64,000 bases of DNA from Acidimicrobiales bacterium (GTDB taxonomy: Bacteria; Actinomycetota; Acidimicrobiia; Acidimicrobiales; Aldehydirespiratoraceae). The position numbers and the translations under genes were made by a program. Below the pieces are notes generated by a model. The model worked only from the letters and a program-made list of their open reading frames with translations. It was not told the DNA's origin and did no database searches. Shown piece by piece: positions 8,680-20,423 of the stretch; the first letter of the stretch is position 1; every line of letters begins with the position of its first letter. The stretch spans positions 3,241,736-3,305,735 of the forward strand of contig JAWPML010000001.1 in the NCBI GenBank assembly GCA_033344915.1, written 5' to 3'.

Positions 8680-10083
8680 TCAGCCGCGGATGACGTCGTC
8701 GGCGACCGCCGCCACCGCGACGGCCGACGCGACCGCCGGAGCGACCGAACGATCGAACACGCTCGGCACCACGAAGGCCGGGTCGAGCTCGTCCTCCGAC
8801 ACACAGTCGGCGATCGCGGTGGCGGCCGCGACCTTCATGTTCTCGGTGACGCTGTGGGCGTTGGCGTCGAGCGCGCCGCGGAAGATCCCGGGGAAGGCCA
8901 GGACGTTGTTGATCTGGTTCGGGAAGTCCGAACGACCCGTCGCCATCACGGCGGCCAGACCGTCGGCCTGCTCCGGACGGATCTCGGGATCCGGGTTCGC
9001 CATGGCGAACACGATGGGATCCTTCGCCATCTTGCGCAGGTCCGAGGCGTCGATGAGGTTCGGCGCGCTCACGCCCATGAACACGTCTGCGCCGACGAGC
9101 ATCTCCTGGAGAGTGCCGGCCTTGCGGTCCTTGTTGGTGTTCTCGGCGAACCAGGTCTTGGCCTCGTTGAGCCGGTCGCGCCCGGAGTAGACGGCCCCCG
9201 TGCTGTCGACGCCGACGACCTCGCCGACACCGGCGTCGAGCAGGATCTTGCCGCACGCCACGCCGGCCGCGCCCATGCCGGAGATCACGACGCTGATGTC
9301 GCCCATCTTCTTGTCGACCAGCTTCAGCGAGTTGTTCAGCGCGGCCAGCGCGACCACCGCGGTGCCGTGCTGGTCGTCGTGGAACACGGGGATGTCGAGG
9401 GCCGCCTTGAGCCGCGCCTCGATCTCGAAGCAGGCCGGCGCCGCGATGTCCTCGAGGTTGATGCCACCGAAGGTCGGGGCGATCCGGATCACCGTCTCGA
9501 TGATCTCCTCGGTGTCCTGGGTGTCGAGGCAGATGGGGAACCCATCCACGCCCGCGAACTCCTTGAACAGGAGCGCCTTGCCCTCCATGACCGGCATGGC
9601 CGCCTTCGCGCCGATGTTGCCGAGCCCGAGCACCGCACTGCCGTCGCTGACGATCGCGACCGTGTTCTTCTTGATCGTGTACTGGTGGGCGAGCGACTCG
9701 TCGTCGTGGATGCTCATGCAGACGCGAGCCACGCCGGGTGTGTAGGCCATCGCAAGATCGTCCGCGTCGCCGACCGAGCAGAGCGGCAGCACCTCGATCT
9801 TGCCGCCCTCGTGGAGCTTGTAGGTACGGTCGTACCACTCGAGCACGCTGACCCCGTCGAGCGCGTCGACCGCGGCAGCGACCTGCTCGGCGTGTTCCTC
9901 CGACCGGCAGTGCACGTCGATCGCCCGCACCACCGTGGGCCCCTTCGCCTCGAACCCGGGAATGGCGGCGATGTTGCCCCCGGCCTCGCCGATCGCGGCG
10001 GCGAAGCGCCCGAGCGTGCCCGGCACGTTGTCGAGCGAGATCTTGAGCGTGATCGAATAGGCGGCGGTCGGAGCGTTCTGCAC
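8680..10083 (-). CDS. NAD(P)-dependent malic enzyme with an N-terminal ACT domain
   Basis: GTG start. The ACT-like N-terminus is SITLKISLDNVPGTLGRFAAAIGEAGGNI. Malic-enzyme motifs follow: AYTPGVARVC, VSDGSAVLGLGNIG and VISGMGAAGVA. Confidence 0.9.
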   Translation of the reverse strand: MQNAPTAAYSITLKISLDNVPGTLGRFAAAIGEAGGNIAAIPGFEAKGPTVVRAIDVHCRSEEHAEQVAAAVDALDGVSVLEWYDRTYKLHEGGKIEVLPLCSVGDADDLAMAYTPGVARVCMSIHDDESLAHQYTIKKNTVAIVSDGSAVLGLGNIGAKAAMPVMEGKALLFKEFAGVDGFPICLDTQDTEEIIETVIRIAPTFGGINLEDIAAPACFEIEARLKAALDIPVFHDDQHGTAVVALAALNNSLKLVDKKMGDISVVISGMGAAGVACGKILLDAGVGEVVGVDSTGAVYSGRDRLNEAKTWFAENTNKDRKAGTLQEMLVGADVFMGVSAPNLIDASDLRKMAKDPIVFAMANPDPEIRPEQADGLAAVMATGRSDFPNQINNVLAFPGIFRGALDANAHSVTENMKVAAATAIADCVSEDELDPAFVVPSVFDRSVAPAVASAVAVAAVADDVIRG

Positions 10084-10106
10084 AGATCAAACGCTATCGG
10101 CGGCCC

Positions 10107-10148
10107 CCCTGTCTCGGGATCCCTGTCTCGGTATCTCTGTCTCGGGAT
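10107..10148. repeat. 3 x 14-nt tandem repeat abutting palindromic element copy 1
   Basis: The units are CCCTGTCTCGGGAT, CCCTGTCTCGGTAT and CTCTGTCTCGGGAT. The last unit runs into the left arm of the element (GGGATCTCTGG...). Confidence 0.7.
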
Positions 10149-10220
10149 CTCTGGTCACGAAAGTGTCGTACGAACCCGGTTCAGAGCCGGCGAAGCGACA
10201 CTTTCGTGACCAGAGATCCC
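10144..10220. repeat. 77-bp palindromic intergenic element, copy 1
   Basis: Left arm GGGATCTCTGGTCACGAAAGTGTCG (10144-10168) is the perfect reverse complement of 10196-10220. The loop is 27 nt. The element lies between the pyrE stop and the malic-enzyme start. Confidence 0.9.
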
Positions 10221-10240
10221 CCTCTCGGGGAGGTGGACGG

Positions 10241-10786
10241 TCAGTCGTCGTAGGTGAAGCCGAGGTCCATGGCGGTCACGAGGGGGGAGAAGGGGATCCC
10301 GGCCTCGGCGGCCATGGCCGCGCAGGTGCCGCCCCGGTCGACGATGGCGAGGATCAGGATCGGGTCGGCACCCAGTTGGCGGACGACGTCGGCGGCTTCG
10401 AGCAGGGAGACACCGCGGCTGACGGTGTCCTCGGTGATGACGACCTTGTCCCCCTCCTGCAGGGCACCGGCGAGCCGGCCGGTGACGCCGTGGTCCTTCG
10501 CCTCCTTGCGGATCGAGAACGACCGCAGATCCCGGCCGCGCGTCGCCGCGACCGCGGCGATCCCGAACGCCACGGGGTCGGCGCCCATCGTGAGCCCGCC
10601 GATCGCCGTCGCCTCCGGCGGGATGACCATCAATGCGGCATCGGCCACCGCGAGGATTCCGTCCGGTCGACACGCGGTCTGCTTCGAGTCGATGAACCAG
10701 CGGCTCTTCCGGCCGGACTTCAGGGTGAAGTCACCCTCGCGGACCGAGTGTTGCCGGAGGTGGGCGACGAGTGCGTCAGATGCCAT
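10241..10786 (-). CDS. pyrE: Orotate phosphoribosyltransferase
   Basis: The track ORF is trimmed to the ATG at 10786, giving 181 aa. Motifs: GDFTLKSGRKSRWFID and the PRPP-binding site KVVITEDTVSRGVS. Confidence 0.85.
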   Translation of the reverse strand: MASDALVAHLRQHSVREGDFTLKSGRKSRWFIDSKQTACRPDGILAVADAALMVIPPEATAIGGLTMGADPVAFGIAAVAATRGRDLRSFSIRKEAKDHGVTGRLAGALQEGDKVVITEDTVSRGVSLLEAADVVRQLGADPILILAIVDRGGTCAAMAAEAGIPFSPLVTAMDLGFTYDD

Positions 10787-10964
10787 GCGGCCGACCCTAG
10801 CCGCCGGCATCGACGGCGGTTTTCGCCCTCCTCGGCAAATGACAAGCGGTCCGAATCGCACAAATGTCTCCGCTCGATTGGCGCGATATACATCGACCGG
10901 TTTTGCCGATATGGTCTCCCCAGTACCGGCGGAAGACCTCTGACCACTCCGACAAGGACATCCG

Positions 10965-11369
10965 ATGGCGTCCCGCAGGGAAATGACCGATGAGCACAAG
11001 GCCGCGCTGGCCGAGGGGCGGGCCCAGGGTCGAGCCGTTCGCGCCTATCTCGAAGCCCTCGAGGCCCACAAGCCGAAGCGGGGCCGCAAGCGCACGCCCG
11101 AGTCCATGCGGGCCCGGCTGGCCGCGATCGAGACGACGCTCGCCGAAGCCGACCCGATGACCCGGCTCCGGCTGGTCCAGGAGCGACTCGATCTCGAGTC
11201 GGCGATCGAAGCGGCCGAGACGACCGTCGACCTGTCCGCACTCGAGGACGGGTTCGTCGCCGCGGCCGCCGGCTACGGGCAGCGCAAAGGCATCTCCTAC
11301 GCCGCGTGGCGCGAGGTCGGCGTGCCGGCATCGGTTCTGAAGCGGGCCGGGGTCAGCCGGGGCGCCTGA
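10965..11369 (+). CDS. Conserved-looking hypothetical protein (helical, Lys/Arg patch)
   Basis: 134 aa with an AAGGA RBS 6 nt upstream and protein-like composition (EHKAALAEGRAQGRAVRAYLEAL..RGRKRT..ISYAAWREVGV). I do not recognise the family. Confidence 0.6.
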   Translation: MASRREMTDEHKAALAEGRAQGRAVRAYLEALEAHKPKRGRKRTPESMRARLAAIETTLAEADPMTRLRLVQERLDLESAIEAAETTVDLSALEDGFVAAAAGYGQRKGISYAAWREVGVPASVLKRAGVSRGA

Positions 11370-11372
11370 GCG

Positions 11373-12794
11373 TCAGACCCGCACCTCGGAGCCGGCGGCG
11401 GCCGCCTCGGGGTGCTGCGCCACGATCTTGTCGACCCGGGCCACCACCCGGCGCACCTGGTCGATGGCCGTGCCGGTGAACGACGCCGGATCGGCGAGCA
11501 GCGCATCGATGGCGGCCCGATCGAGCGGAATCCGTTCGTCGTCGGCCAACCGATCGACCAGCGACGCCGCGTCGCCGGCCTCGCGGCGGGCGAGGGCCGC
11601 GGCGACCGCGTGCTCCTTCACCAGCTCGTGGGCTTCCTCCCGTCCGAGGCCGGCGTCCACCGCGGCGGTCAGGACCCGGGTGGTCGCGAGGAACGGCAGG
11701 TCCCGGGCGAGCTCGGCATCGATCACCGCGGGGAACACACCGAGCTCCTCGAAGACCACCATCGCGGTCTGGAGGAGGCCGTCCGTCGCGAGGAAGGCAT
11801 CGGGCAGCATGATCCGGCGTACGGCCGAGCAGCTGACGTCACCCTCGTTCCACTGCCGGCCGGCGAGGCTCGAGGCCATGGTGAGGTGACCATCGAGCAC
11901 GGTCCGCAGAGCGCCGACGCGTTCCGCGCTGCGGGCGTTCATCTTGTGGGGCATGGCCGTCGACCCGACCTGGCCGGGCCGGAACCCTTCGGTGGCGAGC
12001 TCCTGACCGGCCATCAGTCGGAGCGTGATGGTGGCACTCGACGGACCGGAGACGGCCTGCACGAGGGCGGACACGACGTCGAGATCGAGCGACCGTGGGT
12101 AGACCTGGCCGACACTGTCGACCACCCGGCTGAACCCGAGATGGTCGGCGACGGCCTGCTCCAGCGCATCCACCTTCGACGAGTCGCCGAGCAGATCGAG
12201 CTGGTCGAGGCGGGTCCCCACCGGGCCCTTGATCCCGCGGAGCGGATAACGCTCGAGGAGCCCCTCCACTCGTTCGAGGCCGATCATCATCTCCTCGGCC
12301 ACGTCGGCGAACCGCTTCCCCACCGTCGTCGCCTGGGCCGACACATTGTGGGTGCGGGCGACGATCACGCGATCGGCGTGGGTCGCGGCGAGGCCGCCGA
12401 CCCGGGCCAGAACGGCGACGAGCCGGTCCCGGATCAACTCGAGCGCCTCGCGCACCTGGAGCTGCTCGACGTTCTCCGTGAGATCGCGCGAGGTCATCCC
12501 CCGGTGGATGTGCTCGTGGCCGGCCAGCGCACAGAACTCCTCGATGCGGGCTTTCACGTCGTGGCGGGTGATCGCCTCCCGTTCGGCGATCGAGGCGAGA
12601 TCGACCTGATCGATGACCCGCTCGTAGTCGTCGATGACCCCGTCCGGCACGTCGACGCCCAGTTGGGCCTGCGCCCGCAACACCGCCAACCACAGGCGCC
12701 GCTCCTGCACGATCTTGCGATCCGGCGACCAGATCGCGTTCATCGCCGCGCTCGCGTAGCGCTCCGAGAGGAGGTTGGGCATGGGATCGCTCAC
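11373..12794 (-). CDS. purB: Adenylosuccinate lyase
   Basis: 473 aa fumarate-lyase superfamily protein: N-terminus LSERYAS..M..IWS and signature GSTAMPHKMN. An alternative ATG start is at 12782. Confidence 0.9.
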   Translation of the reverse strand: MSDPMPNLLSERYASAAMNAIWSPDRKIVQERRLWLAVLRAQAQLGVDVPDGVIDDYERVIDQVDLASIAEREAITRHDVKARIEEFCALAGHEHIHRGMTSRDLTENVEQLQVREALELIRDRLVAVLARVGGLAATHADRVIVARTHNVSAQATTVGKRFADVAEEMMIGLERVEGLLERYPLRGIKGPVGTRLDQLDLLGDSSKVDALEQAVADHLGFSRVVDSVGQVYPRSLDLDVVSALVQAVSGPSSATITLRLMAGQELATEGFRPGQVGSTAMPHKMNARSAERVGALRTVLDGHLTMASSLAGRQWNEGDVSCSAVRRIMLPDAFLATDGLLQTAMVVFEELGVFPAVIDAELARDLPFLATTRVLTAAVDAGLGREEAHELVKEHAVAAALARREAGDAASLVDRLADDERIPLDRAAIDALLADPASFTGTAIDQVRRVVARVDKIVAQHPEAAAAGSEVRV

Positions 12795-12881
12795 GGATTG
12801 ACCCTTTCACTGGCCGATCGACTCATCAAGAAAGCCGGGGTCCGTGCCGACGGGAGGAGTTGGAACGGAGGAACTGCGATC

Positions 12882-13373
12882 GTGACCGTCGAGATCACCG
12901 GCCTCTGCCGGGACCATACATTCGAGTCCGCGGAGGACGTGTGCCGCCGCTGCGGCATGGAATTCTGCGAAATGTGCCTGCTCTTCCCGACCGGCCAGCC
13001 GCTTTGCAAGGAGTGCGCCATGGTGGCCGGCGGGGTGCGAAACCATGCGTCGCGCGCCGAGATGCCCAAGCGCGAGATGAAGCGCATCGTCAAGGCCTTC
13101 GAGGCTCGGCGAGCGACTCCCGCGAACGCTGCCGTTGCCGTCGCCGAGGCCGTCGAGATCACCGATCCGGTGCTCCAGGACCCGCTGGCACCGACCGAGG
13201 AGGACCTCGAGCGTGTGCCGGCCGCGGTGCCGGACGACGGCGCCGCGGTGGCGAGCGAACTGGCGGACGTGTTCAACGATCCGCCGCCACCACCTCCGCC
13301 CCCGCCGCCGAGCGGGAACGAACCGGCCGACGGTGTGGCACCGCCCATCGACTGGAGCCAGCCTTTCGGCTGA
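12882..13373 (+). CDS. Cys-rich zinc-ribbon-like protein with a poly-Pro tail
   Basis: GTG at 12882 with a GGAGG RBS at about 12867. It contains CRDH..CRRCGMEFCEMC...CKEC and PPPPPPPPPP near the C-terminus. It is in frame with the tail of track ORF 11412..13373. Confidence 0.6.
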   Translation: MTVEITGLCRDHTFESAEDVCRRCGMEFCEMCLLFPTGQPLCKECAMVAGGVRNHASRAEMPKREMKRIVKAFEARRATPANAAVAVAEAVEITDPVLQDPLAPTEEDLERVPAAVPDDGAAVASELADVFNDPPPPPPPPPPSGNEPADGVAPPIDWSQPFG

Positions 13374-13395
13374 CGGCGACAGCCGGTGGAGAGGA

Positions 13396-14805
<1,410 letters not shown>

Positions 14806-14837
14806 TCACGGCCCTCGACGTGGTGCCGACGACGAGA

Positions 14838-15680
14838 TCAACCGGTGAAGGTGGGATCCCCGTCGACCGGATCCTCCGGATCCATCGGCTGCGGCGGTGT
14901 GGGCGGCAGGATCGTGGTGGTCGTGGTGGGCGGTGCCGTCGTCGTGGTCGTCGGAGCGATCGTGGTGCTGCTCGGCGGCTCGATCGTCGTCGTGCTGACC
15001 GGCGGCTCCGTCGTGGTGCTGACCGGCGGCTCCGTGGTGGTGCTGACCGGCGGCTCCGTCGTCGTGGTCGTCGAGGTCGTGGTCGTCGACGTGGTGGTCG
15101 TCGTGGTCGTCGACGTGGTGGTGGTCGTCGTCGTCGGCGGCGGCACCAGCGAGAAGCCGACGCAGACCGGCTGCACCGAGTTGGCGCCACCCTCGGCGTT
15201 GACGGCGGCGTCGTTGGCGAACGCGTGCCGGGCCCGGATCGCGACGGCCGGGCGGTTGAGCACGACCGTGCCGACCGAGCCGGACCACTGGGCCTCGCTC
15301 ACCCCGTCGACGAGATCGGCGGTCATGCCGGTGCCGGCGATGACGATGCCGGCGTCGTCGATGAACTGCAGGACGTACTGCTCGTACATCTGCGGGACCG
15401 TGTTGACGCGATCGTCGTACCCGTCGTACGCGACGGTGTTGATGATGTACTCGCCGGCCGGGACGTCGGCCGCGACGGTCTTCGACCGGTTGTAGTACGA
15501 GTTGCCGGAAACGATCGTCGCCGCGACACCGGCGTTGAAGCCGACGTTCGGGAAGTTCACCGGGGTCAGGGTGTCGCCCCCGCACGTGGCCGGGCCGGAC
15601 TGGGCGTTGACCGCAGTCGGCACCAGGAAGGGGGCGAGGATCGCAACGGCGATGAGTGCTGTCCTCGTACGGGTGAACAT
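14838..15680 (-). CDS. Exported protein: unnamed about 150-aa N-terminal domain plus Thr/Pro-rich tail ending in TFTG
   Basis: ATG at 15680 with a GAGAGG RBS. The signal peptide is MFTRTRTALIAVAILAPFLVPTAVNA. The domain is bounded by Cys residues (ATCGGD...CVGFSLV) and is followed by poly-Thr and 3 x EPPVSTTT. The domain is paralogous to the N-terminus of the next gene. Confidence 0.7.
   Translation of the reverse strand: MFTRTRTALIAVAILAPFLVPTAVNAQSGPATCGGDTLTPVNFPNVGFNAGVAATIVSGNSYYNRSKTVAADVPAGEYIINTVAYDGYDDRVNTVPQMYEQYVLQFIDDAGIVIAGTGMTADLVDGVSEAQWSGSVGTVVLNRPAVAIRARHAFANDAAVNAEGGANSVQPVCVGFSLVPPPTTTTTTTSTTTTTTTSTTTTSTTTTTEPPVSTTTEPPVSTTTEPPVSTTTIEPPSSTTIAPTTTTTAPPTTTTTILPPTPPQPMDPEDPVDGDPTFTG
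14995..15066. repeat. 3 x 24-nt coding tandem repeat (EPPVSTTT)
   Basis: CTGACCGGCGGCTCCGT(C/G)GT(G/C)GTG occurs three times, lying inside the CDS above. Confidence 0.8.
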
Positions 15681-15884
15681 GGAAACCGACCTCTCAAGGT
15701 GAGACGCTTGGGTGGGGTCGGTTTCGCTCTGGCTCACCGTCGGACGAAGCGACCAATTGCAGTCCGACGGGTCGTTGCCTCCCCGTGAAGACCAGCGTAC
15801 GGGCCGCCGATCCGGGTGAACAATAGGCCGGGATACCCAAGTCTCATCAGGCGACCACGAAGCGTGATCGAACCGGCGTTTTGC

Positions 15885-17777
15885 CTACAACGACGCCAAT
15901 CTGAGCGGCCACGGCAAGGCGCCGGCAGCGCTGGCGATCACCGCGAGCACGACCAGCGATGCGGCAATGGGTCCTGCGACCCCGTCATCGACGGTGCAGG
16001 AGATGCTGCCGACGACGATCGGGGCGGCCGCCATCGAGCGGGAAACGGTGAGTTCGGCACGGGTGTCGCCGAGCGCGACCGGGACGCGACCGGTGCCGGT
16101 GCCCTCGAGCGCGAGCACACCCGCGACGGCGCCGTCGACGAGCACGACGAAGCGCTCACGGCCGACACCGGTACGGCGGATACTGACCGCGGCGGAGTCG
16201 GACGGACAGTCGGGCTCGACGATCACCTGGACGTCGGCGCATCCGGACGGATCGGGTTCGACCACCTGATCGGGCGAGCGTGCCTTGGGCTCGCTGACGA
16301 TCACACGCGTCGGGGCACCGGGGAGTACGGGGATCTCGGTGTCGCCGACGGCGCTTCCCTCCAGCACGACCGTGCCGTCCAGCTCGACGACGACCTCGAA
16401 CCGGTCGGTACCGGTGACCGCCACGGAGTCACAGTCGGTACGCACGACCCGGGGGCCGAGTGGGACGTCGCCCGGCTCGCCGGCCGGCGGGTCATCGCCC
16501 GGATCGGGCGGCTCCGGGGCGGGGCACACGTTCTCGATCTCGGTGCGCAGGACGTCGGCGCCCGCGGCGTCCACGACGCGTACCGGCACCGTCGCCGCTC
16601 CGGCCAAGGGGATCTCGACCTCGATCGCCTCACCGGCCGCGACCGTGACCTCGGCGACGAGGGCGACCCGCTCGTGGAGCACGGTGAGCGAGGCGGGGTC
16701 GCCGGCGTCGTTGCCGAGCCGCACGACGAGGACATCGGCCGTGCAGTCGAGGATCGTGGTGGCCGTCGGTCGGGCCGGATCGGCACAGTCGACCGACAGG
16801 TCGGCCCGGGCGAGGGTCTCGCCGGTGATGCTGTCGGAGACGCGGATCTCGCTGGTACCGGCGAGGTCGCCGATCGCCAGTGTGGAGGTGGTGATGGCGC
16901 CCGCTTCGACCGTGAGTCCGGAGGTGACGCCGGCGCGGGGCACCGCGACGTCGACGGTGGCGCCGGTGTCGCCCTGGTTGCCGAGCAGGACGATGACCTC
17001 GTCGGCCGCGCAGTCCACGACGGCCGACGCGGCGAGGATGACGCCGATCTTCTCGGGGATGGTCGTCGGTGGCGGTGCGGTCGTGGGCGGCGCCGTGGTG
17101 GGCGGCGCCGTGGTGGGCGGCGCCGTGGTGGGCGGCGCCGTGGTGGGCGGCACCGTGGTGGGCGGCACCGTCGTCGGCGGCACCGTGGTGGGCGGCACCG
17201 TCGTGGACGGCACCGTGCTGGGCGGCACCGTGCTGGGCGGCACCGTCGTGGGCGGCACCGTCGTGGACGGAACCGTCGTGGTGGTGGTCGTCGGCGGGTC
17301 GACGAGGCTGAAGGCGACGCACTGGGCGGTGACGGAGTTGGTGCCCTTCGGCGTGGACGGCGCGGCATGACGGACGGTGAAGTGGGAGACGCCGCTCTCG
17401 CTCACGAACGTGCCCAGCTGGTCGACGGCGGCCGCGGCGTCGACGCCGTCGGCGAGATCGCTGGTCGGGCCGAGCACCACGTGTCCGGTGATGTCGAGCA
17501 GCCACTGCTCCTGATCCTGCGACGTCTCGCTACGGCCCGGGTAGACGTCGAACGAGCTCGCCTGCACCGACCACTCCCCCGCGGGCAGCGGTTCGCTGAG
17601 CGTGAACCCGTAGGTGTCGTGTCCCGAACGGGACCAGACCGCGACGTCGAGCGCGACGACATAGTCGCCGGCGCACCCGCCCGTCGTGGCTGCCGCCGGC
17701 GACGAGGCGCCGACGAGCAGACCGATGACGAGCAAGGCGGCGCCGGACAGCAGTTTCCACAGCTGTCGCAACGTCAC
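15885..17777 (-). CDS. Membrane-anchored surface protein: same N-terminal domain, PPTT(V/A) linker, four Cys-marked beta-rich repeats, C-terminal TM helix
   Basis: The track ORF 15885..17849 is trimmed to the GTG at 17777 (GGGAGAG RBS). The signal peptide is [25 protein letters not shown] and the domain runs CAGD...CVAFSLV. About 14 pentapeptide repeats follow, then repeats starting VDCAAD / LDCTAD / TDCDS / PDCPSD, and a C-terminal helix [18 protein letters not shown]. Confidence 0.7.
   Translation of the reverse strand: MTLRQLWKLLSGAALLVIGLLVGASSPAAATTGGCAGDYVVALDVAVWSRSGHDTYGFTLSEPLPAGEWSVQASSFDVYPGRSETSQDQEQWLLDITGHVVLGPTSDLADGVDAAAAVDQLGTFVSESGVSHFTVRHAAPSTPKGTNSVTAQCVAFSLVDPPTTTTTTVPSTTVPPTTVPPSTVPPSTVPSTTVPPTTVPPTTVPPTTVPPTTAPPTTAPPTTAPPTTAPPTTAPPPTTIPEKIGVILAASAVVDCAADEVIVLLGNQGDTGATVDVAVPRAGVTSGLTVEAGAITTSTLAIGDLAGTSEIRVSDSITGETLARADLSVDCADPARPTATTILDCTADVLVVRLGNDAGDPASLTVLHERVALVAEVTVAAGEAIEVEIPLAGAATVPVRVVDAAGADVLRTEIENVCPAPEPPDPGDDPPAGEPGDVPLGPRVVRTDCDSVAVTGTDRFEVVVELDGTVVLEGSAVGDTEIPVLPGAPTRVIVSEPKARSPDQVVEPDPSGCADVQVIVEPDCPSDSAAVSIRRTGVGRERFVVLVDGAVAGVLALEGTGTGRVPVALGDTRAELTVSRSMAAAPIVVGSISCTVDDGVAGPIAASLVVLAVIASAAGALPWPLRLASL
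17071..17280. repeat. 14 x 15-nt coding tandem repeat ([10 protein letters not shown] pentapeptides)
   Basis: The unit GGCGGC(G/A)CCGT(G/C)GTG is repeated head to tail from 17071 to 17280. Four consecutive units (17086-17145) are identical. Confidence 0.85.
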
Positions 17778-17868
17778 ATCGCTCTCCCGTACTCCTGGCC
17801 GCGAACGTAGTGGTCGCCGTGCCCACGGAGGGTGATACCCCGGCCGCATCGGGCGCCGACCTCACGGA

Positions 17869-20361
<2,493 letters not shown>

Positions 20362-20399
20362 GCGGGGGAACCTCCGGTCGATGATTGTAGCGCAGAAAA

Positions 20400-20423
20400 C
20401 CTGAGTGCAATACACTCAACTTT
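20400..20423 (-). promoter_or_regulatory. HAIR-like HspR operator upstream of clpB
   Basis: CTGAGT-GCAATAC-ACTCAA compared with the consensus CTTGAGT-N7-ACTCAAG. It lies 40-60 nt upstream of the clpB ATG. Confidence 0.6.

Noticed and set aside
6479-10090. A single 1203-aa ORF spanning the FadH-like gene and the region antisense or out of frame to the malic enzyme.
   Set aside because: The N-terminal about 480 aa are Arg/Gly/His-rich low-complexity sequence, read in a frame overlapping the well-supported malic-enzyme CDS (8680..10083). The recognisable protein begins at the ATG at 8638. I treat the ORF as a GC-driven open frame extension.
10144-10220. The palindromic elements interpreted as ordinary rho-independent terminators or as integron attC sites.
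   Set aside because: No T-tract follows any copy. One copy lies in a divergent promoter region where nothing needs terminating. There are no GTTRRRY/RYYYAAC core sites and no integrase gene. I therefore report them as an unclassified repeat family.
12795-12830. GACCCTTTCACTGG upstream of purB resembles the right arm of the palindromic element (GACCCTTTCGTGACC), suggesting a solo arm.
   Set aside because: Only 9 contiguous nucleotides match, and they correspond to the complement of the purB ribosome-binding region (GAAAGGG). No partner arm is present.
14995-17280. Regularly spaced short direct repeats (24-nt and 15-nt units) that could be mistaken for a CRISPR array.
   Set aside because: The units are contiguous with no spacers. 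They are in frame and encode Pro/Thr linker peptides inside two CDS. No cas genes are present.
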